Assembly: GCA_034431195.1 (NCBI GenBank)
Contig: DAOUDP010000001.1
Coordinates: forward strand, 179,385-243,384
Source of the DNA: Dehalococcoidia bacterium
GTDB taxonomy: Bacteria > Chloroflexota > Dehalococcoidia > GIF9 > AB-539-J10
Direction of reading: 5' to 3'
Length of the DNA: 64,000 nucleotides
Within the stretch, counting starts at the first letter, position 1. Each line of letters starts with the position of its first letter. Shown here in pieces: positions 1 through 9,493 of the stretch. Position numbers and translations under genes: made by a program. A model generated the notes under the pieces. That model did no database searches and was not told the DNA's origin. It saw only the letters and a list, made by a program, of their open reading frames with translations.

Positions 1-705
1 GCCCAGCTTCAGAGCTTCGTTCAAATCATGGGTAACGAACAAGACAGTCTTGTGAACCACAGAGAGCAGTTTGATGAACTCCTCTTGCATCTGCCGCCGT
101 ATTAGAGGGTCCAAGGCACTGAAAGGCTCATCCATAAGCAAGATTTCCGGCTCGACCGCTAGAGCCCGAGCTAAACCAACACGCTGCTGCATTCCCCCGC
201 TTAGCTCATCGATTTCGCTATTTTCCCAGCCTTTTAGGCCAACAAGCTCCAGCATTTTCAGTGCCCGCTCACTTCGCTCGTCACGGCCAACGCCTTGTAT
301 CTCCAGCCCGTAGGCAACGTTCTCTAGGACCGATCGATGAGGAAACAACGCGAAATGCTGGAAAACCATGCTCAGTTTCTTGCGTCGTAGCTCTCTAAGC
401 CCAACACCACTGAGTGTGTTTACCTCTTCTCCGTCAACGAAAATCTTCCCATCTGAAGGTTCGACGAGCCCATTAATGCAGCGTATCAGGGTGGACTTGC
501 CACTCCCCGATAGCCCCATGATCACAAAGAGTTCCCCTTCATAGATTTCCAGGGAGACATCCTTCACGGCAATCACATGGCCTGTTTTGGACAGCATGTC
601 CTCTTTGGCCATATCATGGTCCGCCGATTCAATAATCTTATCCGGGTGGGGACCAAAGATTTTCCACAGGTTCAGGCACGCTATTCTAGGACAAGCTTCA
701 TTCAC
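1..705 (-). CDS. ABC transporter ATP-binding protein, glycine betaine/proline (ProV/OpuAA-like); C-terminus runs off the window
   Basis: Minus-strand translation gives LWKIFGPHPDKIIE...MGLSGSGKSTLIRCINGLVEPS (Walker A) ...LSGGMQQRVGLARALA (ABC signature) ...LLMDEPFSALD (Walker B). Probable GTG start at 705. Confidence 0.8.
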   Translation of the reverse strand, partial: MNEACPRIACLNLWKIFGPHPDKIIESADHDMAKEDMLSKTGHVIAVKDVSLEIYEGELFVIMGLSGSGKSTLIRCINGLVEPSDGKIFVDGEEVNTLSGVGLRELRRKKLSMVFQHFALFPHRSVLENVAYGLEIQGVGRDERSERALKMLELVGLKGWENSEIDELSGGMQQRVGLARALAVEPEILLMDEPFSALDPLIRRQMQEEFIKLLSVVHKTVLFVTHDLNEALKLG

Positions 706-983
706 AGGCTACACCCTTTGTGCGCTGCCTTTTGCCACCCGTGGCTTGAAATGCGGCGCTATCGGGGAGCTAAGCTGTCTAACAAGATATGGTCAGATGC
801 GATAAGTATGATGAGATGGAAGGCACAAAAGACAACTCAATCTCTCATAGAGTTATTATCTTTGGGATTAAGCCTCCTTTTTTTTAACAATTCAATATTA
901 ATAAAATGGTTACAACATGTCAACCGCCCATAACTAATTTGACCCCGAATCCATTTTGTTGTATTTTGAGGTGAAGCTTAACC

Positions 984-1892
984 ATGTCTGTTATATTACA
1001 AACCAATTTACCCTTTCCTTTAGCTCGGCGTGGCAAAGTGCGGGATGTCTATGATTTAGGAGACAAGCTTCTCATCGTATCCACTGACCGCATCTCTGCC
1101 TTCGACTATGTCCTCCCCTGCGGTGTTCCTGAAAAGGGAAGGATTCTCAACCAGCTCTCCGCCTTCTGGTTTAAAAAAACAGGCCATATTATTCCCAATC
1201 ACCTTATTACAGCAATTGATAGCCTCGATACCATTCAGGATGTTATTCAACAGCTGACAGCTGACAGCTATCAGCTGAAAGCTTTAAACTGCCTCATTGG
1301 TCGCTCCATGCTTGTAGCCAAAGCTCACCGTATCCCGGCGGAATGCATTGTTCGAGGCTACCTTTGTGGTTCAGCCTGGGTAGAATATAAACAAAGTGGA
1401 AGAGTTGGCAACATTCGATTGCCATCTGGAATTCAGGAAAATGAGGAACTTCCCCAGCCCATCTTCACCCCCACCACCAAAAGCGATGTGGAACATGACC
1501 GCCCGTTGACCAGGGAGGATGTAACAGAGCTTGGCATCGAGCACTTAGTAGCAGAAATGGAACGAAAGAGTTTACTCATCTATCGATTTGCTCAGGACTA
1601 CGCTAAAACCAGGGGCATCATAATCGGCGATACCAAATTTGAATTTGGTCTCATTGATGGTAAGCTATCGCTTATCGACGAGTTATTAACCCCGGACTCA
1701 AGCCGTTTCTGGGATGCCAGTCAATACAAAGTCGGGCAATTTCAGCACAGCCTGGATAAACAGCCTGTGCGTGATTGGCTGCTTGCCTCAGGGTGGGATA
1801 AGGAATCCCCACCACCCACGCTGCCCCTGGAGGTAATCCAGGCCACCACAGAGCGCTACAATAAAATCTATAACCTGTTTACTAGCCATTAA
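984..1892 (+). CDS. purC: phosphoribosylaminoimidazole-succinocarboxamide synthase (SAICAR synthetase), long form
   Basis: GKVRDVYD...LLIVSTDRISAFD motif typical of PurC; 302 aa. Confidence 0.88.
   Translation: MSVILQTNLPFPLARRGKVRDVYDLGDKLLIVSTDRISAFDYVLPCGVPEKGRILNQLSAFWFKKTGHIIPNHLITAIDSLDTIQDVIQQLTADSYQLKALNCLIGRSMLVAKAHRIPAECIVRGYLCGSAWVEYKQSGRVGNIRLPSGIQENEELPQPIFTPTTKSDVEHDRPLTREDVTELGIEHLVAEMERKSLLIYRFAQDYAKTRGIIIGDTKFEFGLIDGKLSLIDELLTPDSSRFWDASQYKVGQFQHSLDKQPVRDWLLASGWDKESPPPTLPLEVIQATTERYNKIYNLFTSH
1254..1285. repeat. 32-bp in-frame insertion-like element CTGACAGCTGACAGCTATCAGCTGAAAGCTTT (copy inside purC)
   Basis: Identical 32-mer at 57080-57111 (reverse complement, inside ileS); related variant at 46926-46955 (inside nnr). 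Confidence 0.85.
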
Positions 1893-1984
1893 ATATCTCA
1901 AAAAGCTTGCCTGATGAGTAAGAAAGAAATAAAATTAAACTAGGTTTGATGTTTTCGGCATAGACCTTTTGTAGGAGGCTGGAT

Positions 1985-2197
1985 ATGAAGTTACCGGTAG
2001 TTCTAACACCTGGCGAGGCAGGATACATCGTAGCTGAGGTGCCCATTCTGCCCGGTTGTATCTCGCAAGGAAAAACTGTGCAAGAGGCGTTAGCTAATAT
2101 TAAGGAAGCCGCTGAGTTGTGTTTGGAGAGTGCAGAGGAAGAAGGATGGATACTCAGCAATGAGTACACCATTGAACAAATCGAAGTAGCTGCCTGA
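1985..2197 (+). CDS. hicB: HicB-family antitoxin (UPF0150)
   Basis: 70-aa protein with HicB-like N-terminus; its stop overlaps the start of the downstream HicA-like ORF (TGATG). Confidence 0.7.
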   Translation: MKLPVVLTPGEAGYIVAEVPILPGCISQGKTVQEALANIKEAAELCLESAEEEGWILSNEYTIEQIEVAA

Positions 2198-2415
2198 TGG
2201 CAAAACTGCCAGTTATTTCCGGGGACGAATGCGTAAAGGCTTTGGAGCATGTGGGCTATTATGTAGCTCGGACTAAAGGAACCCATGTTAGGTTGAGATG
2301 TCCGGAGCGAAAGCCGGTAACCGTTCCCAAGCATAAGGAGTTGGACCCTGGGACTCTGAGAAGCATCATCAGAGTAACAGGGCTCTCAGTAAAAGAATTC
2401 CTTGAGCTGCTATAG
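2197..2415 (+). CDS. hicA: HicA-family mRNA interferase toxin (YcfA-like)
   Basis: 72 aa, GDECVKALEHVGY...KGTHVRL pattern of HicA; coupled to hicB. Confidence 0.7.
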   Translation: MAKLPVISGDECVKALEHVGYYVARTKGTHVRLRCPERKPVTVPKHKELDPGTLRSIIRVTGLSVKEFLELL

Positions 2416-2477
2416 ATGATAAATGATTTTAAATAGCCTATTTGGCTTAAGGTAAATAAAGAGAGTAAAATTTAAAG

Positions 2478-2555
2478 GCGTCCCTGTAGCTCAATTGGAT
2501 AGAGCGGCTGCCTTCTAAGCAGCGGGTTGTGGGTTCGAGTCCCGCCAGGGACGCC
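2478..2555 (+). tRNA. tRNA-Arg (anticodon TCT)
   Basis: Cloverleaf with acceptor stem GCGTCCC/GGGACGC, D-arm TAGCTCAATTGGATAGAGC, anticodon loop CTTCTAA, T-arm GGGTTCGAGTCCC. Confidence 0.85.
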
Positions 2556-2665
2556 ATGAGGTTTGTGGATTGTAGAATATGGTTCACTGTCGCAATACAC
2601 ATTCTCTGGGATGCCCTAGTAGCAGCGGGGATTTTCTGCAATAATGTTCAGGAGACGGGCGCGAT

Positions 2666-4075
2666 ATGAAGCCTCGAAAGTTGTTGTGGTTGAGCCTTTT
2701 GATAGTGGCTAGTCTGGTTATGCCTGCCTTCCTGCAATTCTATGTAGTTCCTCCCCAGGTGGCGATGGCCAGCCCCGATACAGTTACTTATTATTTCAAC
2801 GCTTATGGTGCCGAGGTTTGGGAGTTCAGTCCAGCTTCTATGACCGATGGCAATCTCGGTACCTATGCTTCTACCAACAACGCAGGAGAAGTTCAGCTTA
2901 ATAATGCAAATAACTGTTCCGGAACAGGTTTAGGGCCAATCAGCAAAGTTGAGCTTCGGGCTTATGGATATGGAGATGGTGGAGATTTTATCTATCTTCG
3001 ACCGGTTTTCACCGCAGGAGACGGAACTAACCACACGTGGACTCCAGGAACATCGCCTGGCTGGAGTCCTTACTATAATATTACCAGTGATACCAATGCC
3101 CCCACTTCATGGAACTGGAGCAATGTTCAGGAACTTGACGTTGATGTGGTGTATGATGGTTTAGCTAAACCAAATCTTTTGTATATTGCTAAAGTTGAGA
3201 TTCGGGTTACTTATACACCAAATGTTTCGCCCACTGTGGGCACCATCACCATCTCACCAAGTCCTATGACGCCGCAGGAGCAGTGGACAAATATAACCGT
3301 CCCCGTGACGGATAACGATACTCTCGCTGATGTGAATGAGGTTCATGTCACTGTGTTCTATGACAGTGCCGGAACCGACCCTTCGGCACCAGGGACGGCC
3401 AATGTCCAGACCTGTGCCATACTCACCTGGACCAGGGGAGGTTCTCCCGAGTGGGATATTGACCCGGCAAGCACAACCTGGGCAATCAATGCCGCTGGAT
3501 GCTCCAATGGCACTGACAGCCTGACCACAGATAACTGGGTGTTCTCCCTCAAGGTAGGCAAGGTAGCCACCCAGTCCCCTGGCAGTGATGATTGGGATAT
3601 ATATGCTAAAGCAACGGACAGCGCCAGCCAAACCGGAGATAATTATCTCCGTGATGTAGAGATGAACTGGTATGGCGAGATAACGGTGGAGACTTCAACC
3701 GTCTCCTGGGGAATTGTAAGTCCCGGTTGCAGTAACGAGACATCCCCGGTGGTGAACATTACATACATCTGCAACGGTAACTACACTGAGCAGATAAAGA
3801 CATCACAGAACTGGACCAGCGCTTCGGGCAACGTAACCCTGAATACAACTGGCAGCCCGGGGGCAGGTGAGTTTTCGCTGAAGGCCGATGATGATGACAC
3901 CGTTGCGGACGCTGTGCAGGTTCTTAGTGCATCGTATACCACTTTTGACACTGGCACTCAGACCACTGAGGCTGGGAATGCGGAAAACAACAATCACCTC
4001 TGGCTCTCACTAGGCAGCTCGGGCATCACATATGACACCTACTCCGGCACACTTTACTTCAGCATTGCACCGTGA
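2666..4075 (+). CDS. secreted surface (S-layer-like) protein, N-x-S/T sequon-rich, N-terminal signal peptide
   Basis: Signal peptide MKPRKLLWLSLLIVASLVMPA; Thr/Ser/Asn-rich; about 14 N-x-S/T sequons; paralog of the 4266-5276 product, sharing a NVTLNTTG(S/T)PGAGEFSL...YSGT(L/I)YF C-terminal block. Confidence 0.6.
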   Translation: MKPRKLLWLSLLIVASLVMPAFLQFYVVPPQVAMASPDTVTYYFNAYGAEVWEFSPASMTDGNLGTYASTNNAGEVQLNNANNCSGTGLGPISKVELRAYGYGDGGDFIYLRPVFTAGDGTNHTWTPGTSPGWSPYYNITSDTNAPTSWNWSNVQELDVDVVYDGLAKPNLLYIAKVEIRVTYTPNVSPTVGTITISPSPMTPQEQWTNITVPVTDNDTLADVNEVHVTVFYDSAGTDPSAPGTANVQTCAILTWTRGGSPEWDIDPASTTWAINAAGCSNGTDSLTTDNWVFSLKVGKVATQSPGSDDWDIYAKATDSASQTGDNYLRDVEMNWYGEITVETSTVSWGIVSPGCSNETSPVVNITYICNGNYTEQIKTSQNWTSASGNVTLNTTGSPGAGEFSLKADDDDTVADAVQVLSASYTTFDTGTQTTEAGNAENNNHLWLSLGSSGITYDTYSGTLYFSIAP

Positions 4076-4265
4076 ACCAAATGGAGATTGCTTCGGCCTC
4101 TGTGCTTCGCAATGACATAACAGCACTAAAGTGATATTGCCAAGCGTAGTGCAAGGCAGTATAAGTAGCGTAGGGTATTGTAACCCCATAAGATATTTGA
4201 TAGATTTATTACATAGTTATTAATGTAGTAATATAGAGAATTAAGTAAGTAGAGGGGAAAGAATA

Positions 4266-5276
4266 ATGAAAGGAAGGAAATTTGTATCAATTGTGGCTAC
4301 CCTGGGGCTGATGCTTGCACTGGCATTGGTCCCGATGGCACTGCCGGTCACGGCAGCTGAAAACCAGACTGCCACAGGTAACTTCACAGTGGGGAACGCT
4401 GTGCCGACGGTTGGGACGCCTACAGTTACTGCTTCGATGACTCCGCAGGCACAAGCATGGGTCAATGTTACCATCACCGATAACAACAAGCTATCTGACC
4501 TTTCCACAGTACAGACAGTTTTGTTCTACGATGCTGATGGCACCTATACTGACCCTGGAGCATCCCCGACTCCTGATACCCAGACTCTTGCCATTATGAC
4601 CTGGTATGCATCGAATGACACTTTTACCATCCAATCTGGTTCTCCTTCCACCTGGTCAATAGATAATTCAACTTCCACACATCCGGCTCTCACTGAATAT
4701 AGTGGCGACTGGAAATTTAGTTTCCAGCCAGGCAAGGTGGCTACCGAAACCCCTGGTAGTGATAGGTGGTTTGCAAGAGTTAACGCTACTGATTCTGCAA
4801 GTGCTACTGGGAGTAACAATAATAGCGCCACTGGTTCCACAATGAATTTCTATGGCGAGATAAATGTGAATACCACCATAGTTGATTTTGGGACTGTAGC
4901 CCTTGGGTCGGGCTTTGCTGCAAACAACGAAACTGCGGACGTTAAGAACATCGCTAATGGCAACTATAACGAAACTGCCAAGACCGACGATGGCTCAGGA
5001 AATGGCAAGTGGCTCGGTGCTACAGCAAATGTGACCCTCAATACCACCGGTACTCCTGGAGCTGGTGAGTTTTCCCTGGCAATCGATGATAGCACTACTT
5101 TAGCCAGTTCGGTAAACATGAGCACGGCTTATCAAGCGATAAACAGTGCTGGAGTTCAGACTGGCGAGGCTGGCTATCCCAGTGGTAACCATGGATTGTG
5201 GCTAGCGGTGGGGGCAGAAGGCATCGAACCAACAGAGTATAGTGGAACGATTTATTTCCAGATTGCAAACGGCTAA
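4266..5276 (+). CDS. secreted surface protein, paralog of the upstream gene, sequon-rich
   Basis: Signal peptide; shared blocks PGKVAT(Q/E)(S/T)PGSD, ATDSAS(Q/A)TG, MN(W/F)YGEI, NVTLNTTGTPGAGEFSL. Confidence 0.6.
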   Translation: MKGRKFVSIVATLGLMLALALVPMALPVTAAENQTATGNFTVGNAVPTVGTPTVTASMTPQAQAWVNVTITDNNKLSDLSTVQTVLFYDADGTYTDPGASPTPDTQTLAIMTWYASNDTFTIQSGSPSTWSIDNSTSTHPALTEYSGDWKFSFQPGKVATETPGSDRWFARVNATDSASATGSNNNSATGSTMNFYGEINVNTTIVDFGTVALGSGFAANNETADVKNIANGNYNETAKTDDGSGNGKWLGATANVTLNTTGTPGAGEFSLAIDDSTTLASSVNMSTAYQAINSAGVQTGEAGYPSGNHGLWLAVGAEGIEPTEYSGTIYFQIANG

Positions 5277-5281
5277 GGTAA

Positions 5282-6418
5282 ATGGCTAAACTGAGATGGG
5301 GGGCAGCTTTAACTGTCCCCCTTATCTTTATTACTCTTTTTCCCTTTTTGCTCACTCCCCTGCCAGTAAAGGCTGGAGGGTTAGCAATGTCGGGCAGCTT
5401 TTATCGCCAGAAGTTTGAGCTGCCCCAAGGGGTAAATATAAGCTCCCCGGGCATTTATGTGGTCATATTCAACAATGCCGACGATGCACTCAAAATCAAT
5501 ATGACCACTGAGGCTCCGATGGGAGTGAAGTTAGCGCTCTCTGAGGAAGATTTCGTTCTCAACGCTGGAGAACAGAAAAAGGTGATGGTTGGCGTTAATG
5601 TCACTGAGGATGCTGTTCCCGGAGAATATGAGCTTAAGATAAGTGCTGAAGCCCAGAGGGAAGGTGCCGGCATAAAAATCGTTGGCTCTGTTGCTCAGAC
5701 CGCTACGTTAACCATCATTGGTGAAGCGGCTTCAGTGGAGGTAACCGCGGTCAACCCCAGCGACGAGCCTATGCCTGCAGTGGTCAGGTTATACAAACTG
5801 GTAGATAGCGAGAAAACGGACTTTGGCTATTCCGAGACGGGGAGTCTCAAAGTCAAAGTATCGCCGGGAAAATACCTTGCTGAAGCTTATGTTGGTGGGA
5901 AAAAGCTGGTTGAGGAGGCCTTCGATATAGCCGCGGACGAGGAGAAGACAATAACCCTCGTTGTGAGAACGGTTTGCTTTGAAGGTTTTGGCATCGTTCC
6001 TAATTACCACACCGAGACCGGCAAGCTTGCCTTCGTCCAGTTAGTTTATACCATAAACAACCTTTATCAGACCTTCCCTGAAGCTGAGGTGGTGCTAAAG
6101 GTGACACTTGATGGCACTCCGTTAGAGGAGACCACGGTGGCAACGCTTACCCCGCTGAAGAAGGTGAGAGTTACGCAAGAATATCGTTACATCCCAGCGG
6201 GGGGCTGGCTGGATGGGACTTATGGCTTTACGCTTCAGTTGAATCTGGAGGGTGAGCCCTATGCTACCACCCTGGAGGAGGAATTGAATGTGAGTGGTGA
6301 AGTCGCAGGAGCCAGCCACAGCCGCTATTACATTATTGGCGGAGTAGTGGCAGCAGTAATCATCGGCGGGGCATACTTCTTGATGAGGAGAAGGAAGACT
6401 AAAGCTTCATCTGCTTGA
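5282..6418 (+). CDS. secreted protein with a C-terminal transmembrane anchor and basic tail
   Basis: N-terminal signal peptide; C-terminal YYIIGGVVAAVIIGGAYFLMRRRKTK. Confidence 0.5.
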   Translation: MAKLRWGAALTVPLIFITLFPFLLTPLPVKAGGLAMSGSFYRQKFELPQGVNISSPGIYVVIFNNADDALKINMTTEAPMGVKLALSEEDFVLNAGEQKKVMVGVNVTEDAVPGEYELKISAEAQREGAGIKIVGSVAQTATLTIIGEAASVEVTAVNPSDEPMPAVVRLYKLVDSEKTDFGYSETGSLKVKVSPGKYLAEAYVGGKKLVEEAFDIAADEEKTITLVVRTVCFEGFGIVPNYHTETGKLAFVQLVYTINNLYQTFPEAEVVLKVTLDGTPLEETTVATLTPLKKVRVTQEYRYIPAGGWLDGTYGFTLQLNLEGEPYATTLEEELNVSGEVAGASHSRYYIIGGVVAAVIIGGAYFLMRRRKTKASSA

Positions 6419-6435
6419 AGACCAGGTGAAAAACA

Positions 6436-7995
6436 ATGAAAAAAACAGAAGCTATCGGGCTTGTATTCACTCTTTTTGCCCTTCTTATAGTGCCCCTGGC
6501 CTGCACGCATCATATCGTAAGCGCCAATGATTCGGCTGGAGGCAGCTTTACGGTGGATACGACGCCGCCGGCAAATGTTACCGACCTAGCAGTAAGCGGT
6601 GCAACCACTAATTCTCTCACCTTAACCTGGACCTCACCAGGGGATGATGGCAACAATGGGACAGCTGCTGAGTATGATATCAGATATGCCACCTCTAACA
6701 TCGATAACGAAACCTGGGGGTTTGCCACCCAAGTAAGCGATGAGCCGGCACCGGGGCCAGCGGGTTCAAACGAAACATTTGTGGTTGGTGGGCTCACCCC
6801 TGCCACCACATATTACTTCGCCCTAAAAACGGGGGATGATGCTGGCAACTGGGCTAATTTGTCCAATATCGCCCATGGAGCCACGCTGAGAAGCGGTGGA
6901 GGTGAAGGCATCAACCATCACAAAAGGTATTTCACGGTTGATTTTCTGGGGAAGCTTACCTCTGTGCCCCTGAGTTGGGACAGAAGTCTGGCAGTTTCCT
7001 TGTTGGCAACCAGCCTTGATGGCACAGCCAGCCTGAAAATAGATAAGGGGACGAAGGTGCTGGACGCCGCTGGCAAACCCGTGGGTGAGCTAACGATAAG
7101 GACAGTAGCTAATCAGCCGCTCTCTCTTTTGCCCAACACTACAATGGTTGGCAATGTCTATGACGTTACCCCTTACAACGTTACCTTTGACAAACCAGCT
7201 ACGCTAACCCTTGGCTTCTCTCCCTCTGAAGTGCCCGAGGGTGCTTTATCACTGACCATTGTTTATGGCTCAGAAGCAAGCTGGAAGGAGATAGAGGTAG
7301 AGTGGACTAGTATTGGTGGATTGGATGCCCTGAGCGCTAAGATAAATCACACGGGCATGTTTGCCATTATTGCCGAGATGTTATCTTTCTCGGAGTTGGA
7401 AATAGGGTATATGGGACAAAAAGTTACCTCGGGGAACATCACCAAGGATGGATTTCTGATGGAGTCCCTCGAGTTCACCATTCAAAATGGAAATGGAGAG
7501 CTATATTTTAGCCTTCGCGAGGGGACGAGGATGCTGAATCGTGAAGGCAAGCCGCCAGCCATGATTATGATAGACCCCGTTGCACCATCAGAGCTTCCCC
7601 CTCCTCCGTCTGATAGCTCCGTTATCCTGATGCCCTTCAGCATTCACCCTGACCTTACCATCGACCCAATAATGAAGGTGACAATCCATTATGACAAGTG
7701 GGAGCTGGGCGATGGCATTAACGAAGAGGATTTGGTCCTTGCCTACTATGATGAGGCAAGGGAGAAATGGGTGATGCTGCCCACTGAAGTAGATGTAGAG
7801 GCTAACACGGTTACCGCCTGGGTTAGTCACACCAGCATATTCGCCATTCTTAGTAACATAGCTGGTGAATTCCCGTGGTGGTGGATTGTTGGGGGTGTCC
7901 TTGGTATCGCCCTGCTGGCATTCCTAATCAGGCACCGAATCAAGTCCCGTCCTGCTGCAAAGCCAGACGCAAGTCAGACACGGCTAACCAAATAG
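6436..7995 (+). CDS. cell-surface protein with an N-terminal fibronectin type III-like domain and a C-terminal TM anchor
   Basis: Signal peptide; FN3-like TTPPANVTDLAVSGATTNSLTLTWTSPGDDGNNGTAAEYDIRYA...GLTPATTYYFALKTGDDAGNWANLSN; C-terminal WWWIVGGVLGIALLAFLIRHRIKSR. Confidence 0.6.
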   Translation: MKKTEAIGLVFTLFALLIVPLACTHHIVSANDSAGGSFTVDTTPPANVTDLAVSGATTNSLTLTWTSPGDDGNNGTAAEYDIRYATSNIDNETWGFATQVSDEPAPGPAGSNETFVVGGLTPATTYYFALKTGDDAGNWANLSNIAHGATLRSGGGEGINHHKRYFTVDFLGKLTSVPLSWDRSLAVSLLATSLDGTASLKIDKGTKVLDAAGKPVGELTIRTVANQPLSLLPNTTMVGNVYDVTPYNVTFDKPATLTLGFSPSEVPEGALSLTIVYGSEASWKEIEVEWTSIGGLDALSAKINHTGMFAIIAEMLSFSELEIGYMGQKVTSGNITKDGFLMESLEFTIQNGNGELYFSLREGTRMLNREGKPPAMIMIDPVAPSELPPPPSDSSVILMPFSIHPDLTIDPIMKVTIHYDKWELGDGINEEDLVLAYYDEAREKWVMLPTEVDVEANTVTAWVSHTSIFAILSNIAGEFPWWWIVGGVLGIALLAFLIRHRIKSRPAAKPDASQTRLTK

Positions 7996-8081
7996 TAAAT
8001 TATATCGCTGAACATCTCTTGAATGAGCTATCTTTAGTAGCTCAATAATGTTTATAATAAAAGAACTTCGTATCTAAAGAA

Positions 8082-8702
8082 ATGGATTGGGAGAGCATAA
8101 TCAGCCTCATAATTGCCCTTTTAGTGGTAATTGCCCTTCCTTTAGCCTTTCGCAGAAGAAAGAAGGCAAGCGTCCAGAAAAGAGAGGAGCTTTACCAGCA
8201 TCTTAAAGAAACGGGGGTGAAGGCTTCGTTGGTGGAAAAAGGCAATGAAAGGGAGAAAATAGGGCTAAGCCGTATCTCGGGGCAGACATCGGAAGGAATT
8301 ATTGAACTCGAAGATAGAAATATAGATTCCATAAATATCATCAGCGCAGCCAGTCAGTATGGCACAAACTATTTCCTGGATTACCTGGTGAAGAGCTCAA
8401 ACATAACGGCGAACCGAATACTAAAGAAAACCAAGCTGACGGTAAAGAAAAGCTTATTCCTATGGGGCAAGGTGGTAGCTATGGAGTGGAAGGGAGATAA
8501 ATCGTTAGCCCAGAGCCTTAATTTCGATTACCGGCTCAAAGATAGACTATTGCAGCGTGATGTCACCGGTCTAAGGGGAAGCATCGGGATCTTCCCTGAG
8601 CCAAAACATGGATACACCAGAATAAGAACTGGTCACTCTCTTCCTTCCCCCGAGATATTCGAAGTATTGGATATCATTGCCAGGCACATCAAGTCATGGT
8701 GA
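8082..8702 (+). CDS. hypothetical membrane protein with an N-terminal TM helix
   Basis: ORF with hydrophobic N-terminus IISLIIALLVVIALPLAF followed by RRRKK; no recognisable family. Confidence 0.4.
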   Translation: MDWESIISLIIALLVVIALPLAFRRRKKASVQKREELYQHLKETGVKASLVEKGNEREKIGLSRISGQTSEGIIELEDRNIDSINIISAASQYGTNYFLDYLVKSSNITANRILKKTKLTVKKSLFLWGKVVAMEWKGDKSLAQSLNFDYRLKDRLLQRDVTGLRGSIGIFPEPKHGYTRIRTGHSLPSPEIFEVLDIIARHIKSW

Positions 8703-8828
8703 CCTCGATAACAGGATTGTCAGGATAGTCATAAAAGAGATTAGTTGGTAAAATGTGGTACCAGGTGTGAGTTACGGGTAAGGGCGTATATTATTTACAA
8801 ATTGAATTGGCGATTTGGAAGCGAATAA

Positions 8829-9479
8829 ATGATGGAAATGTACCTGAAGCCAACTCCAGTAATCGATTGTAACGCTCCTCCTGTGAGAGAAAAAGCCCAG
8901 AATTTAACCGCAGACAAGGAAAACGATGTGGAGAAGGCGAAGGCACTTTTCTACTTCGTCAGGGACGAGATCAAGTATAACCCCTATGTGCTACACAATC
9001 TTGTTGAACATAATAAGGCAAGCGTCACTCTGAGTAGGGAAGAGGGATACTGCGTTCAAAAGGCGATACTCCTTGCTGCACTAGCACGAGGTGTAGCAAT
9101 CCCAGCCCGCCTTGGATTTGCTGATATACGCAACTATATCGTCCCTCAAAAGTTGCTGGAGCTGATGCATGGGAGTAACCTTTTTATCTATCATGGCTAT
9201 TGTGAGCTATATATCGGACAAAAATGGGTTAAAGCTACACCGGCGTTCGACCTGCAAATGTGTCAAGAACATCATATCATTCCAGTGGAGTTTGATGGCA
9301 AGAACAATGCCACTTTCCACCGCTACAATCAGGAGGGAAAACTACATATTGAGTATGTCTGCGATTATGGTCATTACCCTGACCTTCCATTGGAGGAGAT
9401 ACTTAAAGCTCGCGTGAAGGTTTATGGTCCTGATTATCTAACAATACAGGAAAATTTCGCTAATCTAAACTCTGGCTAA
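8829..9479 (+). CDS. transglutaminase-like cysteine peptidase superfamily protein
   Basis: EGYCVQKAILLAALARGVAIPARLGF core Cys motif typical of transglutaminase-like domains; a downstream His is present. Confidence 0.65.
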   Translation: MMEMYLKPTPVIDCNAPPVREKAQNLTADKENDVEKAKALFYFVRDEIKYNPYVLHNLVEHNKASVTLSREEGYCVQKAILLAALARGVAIPARLGFADIRNYIVPQKLLELMHGSNLFIYHGYCELYIGQKWVKATPAFDLQMCQEHHIIPVEFDGKNNATFHRYNQEGKLHIEYVCDYGHYPDLPLEEILKARVKVYGPDYLTIQENFANLNSG

Positions 9480-9493
9480 TACCCAAAAACAAT

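Noticed and set aside
1056-1250. Numerous 60-150 aa ORFs antisense to or nested in the large genes, for example 1056-1250(-), 3254-3631(-), 10040-10309(+), 16190-16570(+), 31371-32683(-) and 41462-42828
   Set aside because: They lie entirely within well-supported conserved genes on the opposite strand or frame, have no recognisable motifs, and are expected by chance at this GC content.
2666-7995. Archaeal origin of the window, suggested by the sequon-rich S-layer-like proteins
   Set aside because: Flanking genes are unambiguously bacterial (hrcA with CIRCE, secA, lspA, yidC/yidD/rnpA/rpmH, a T-box leader).
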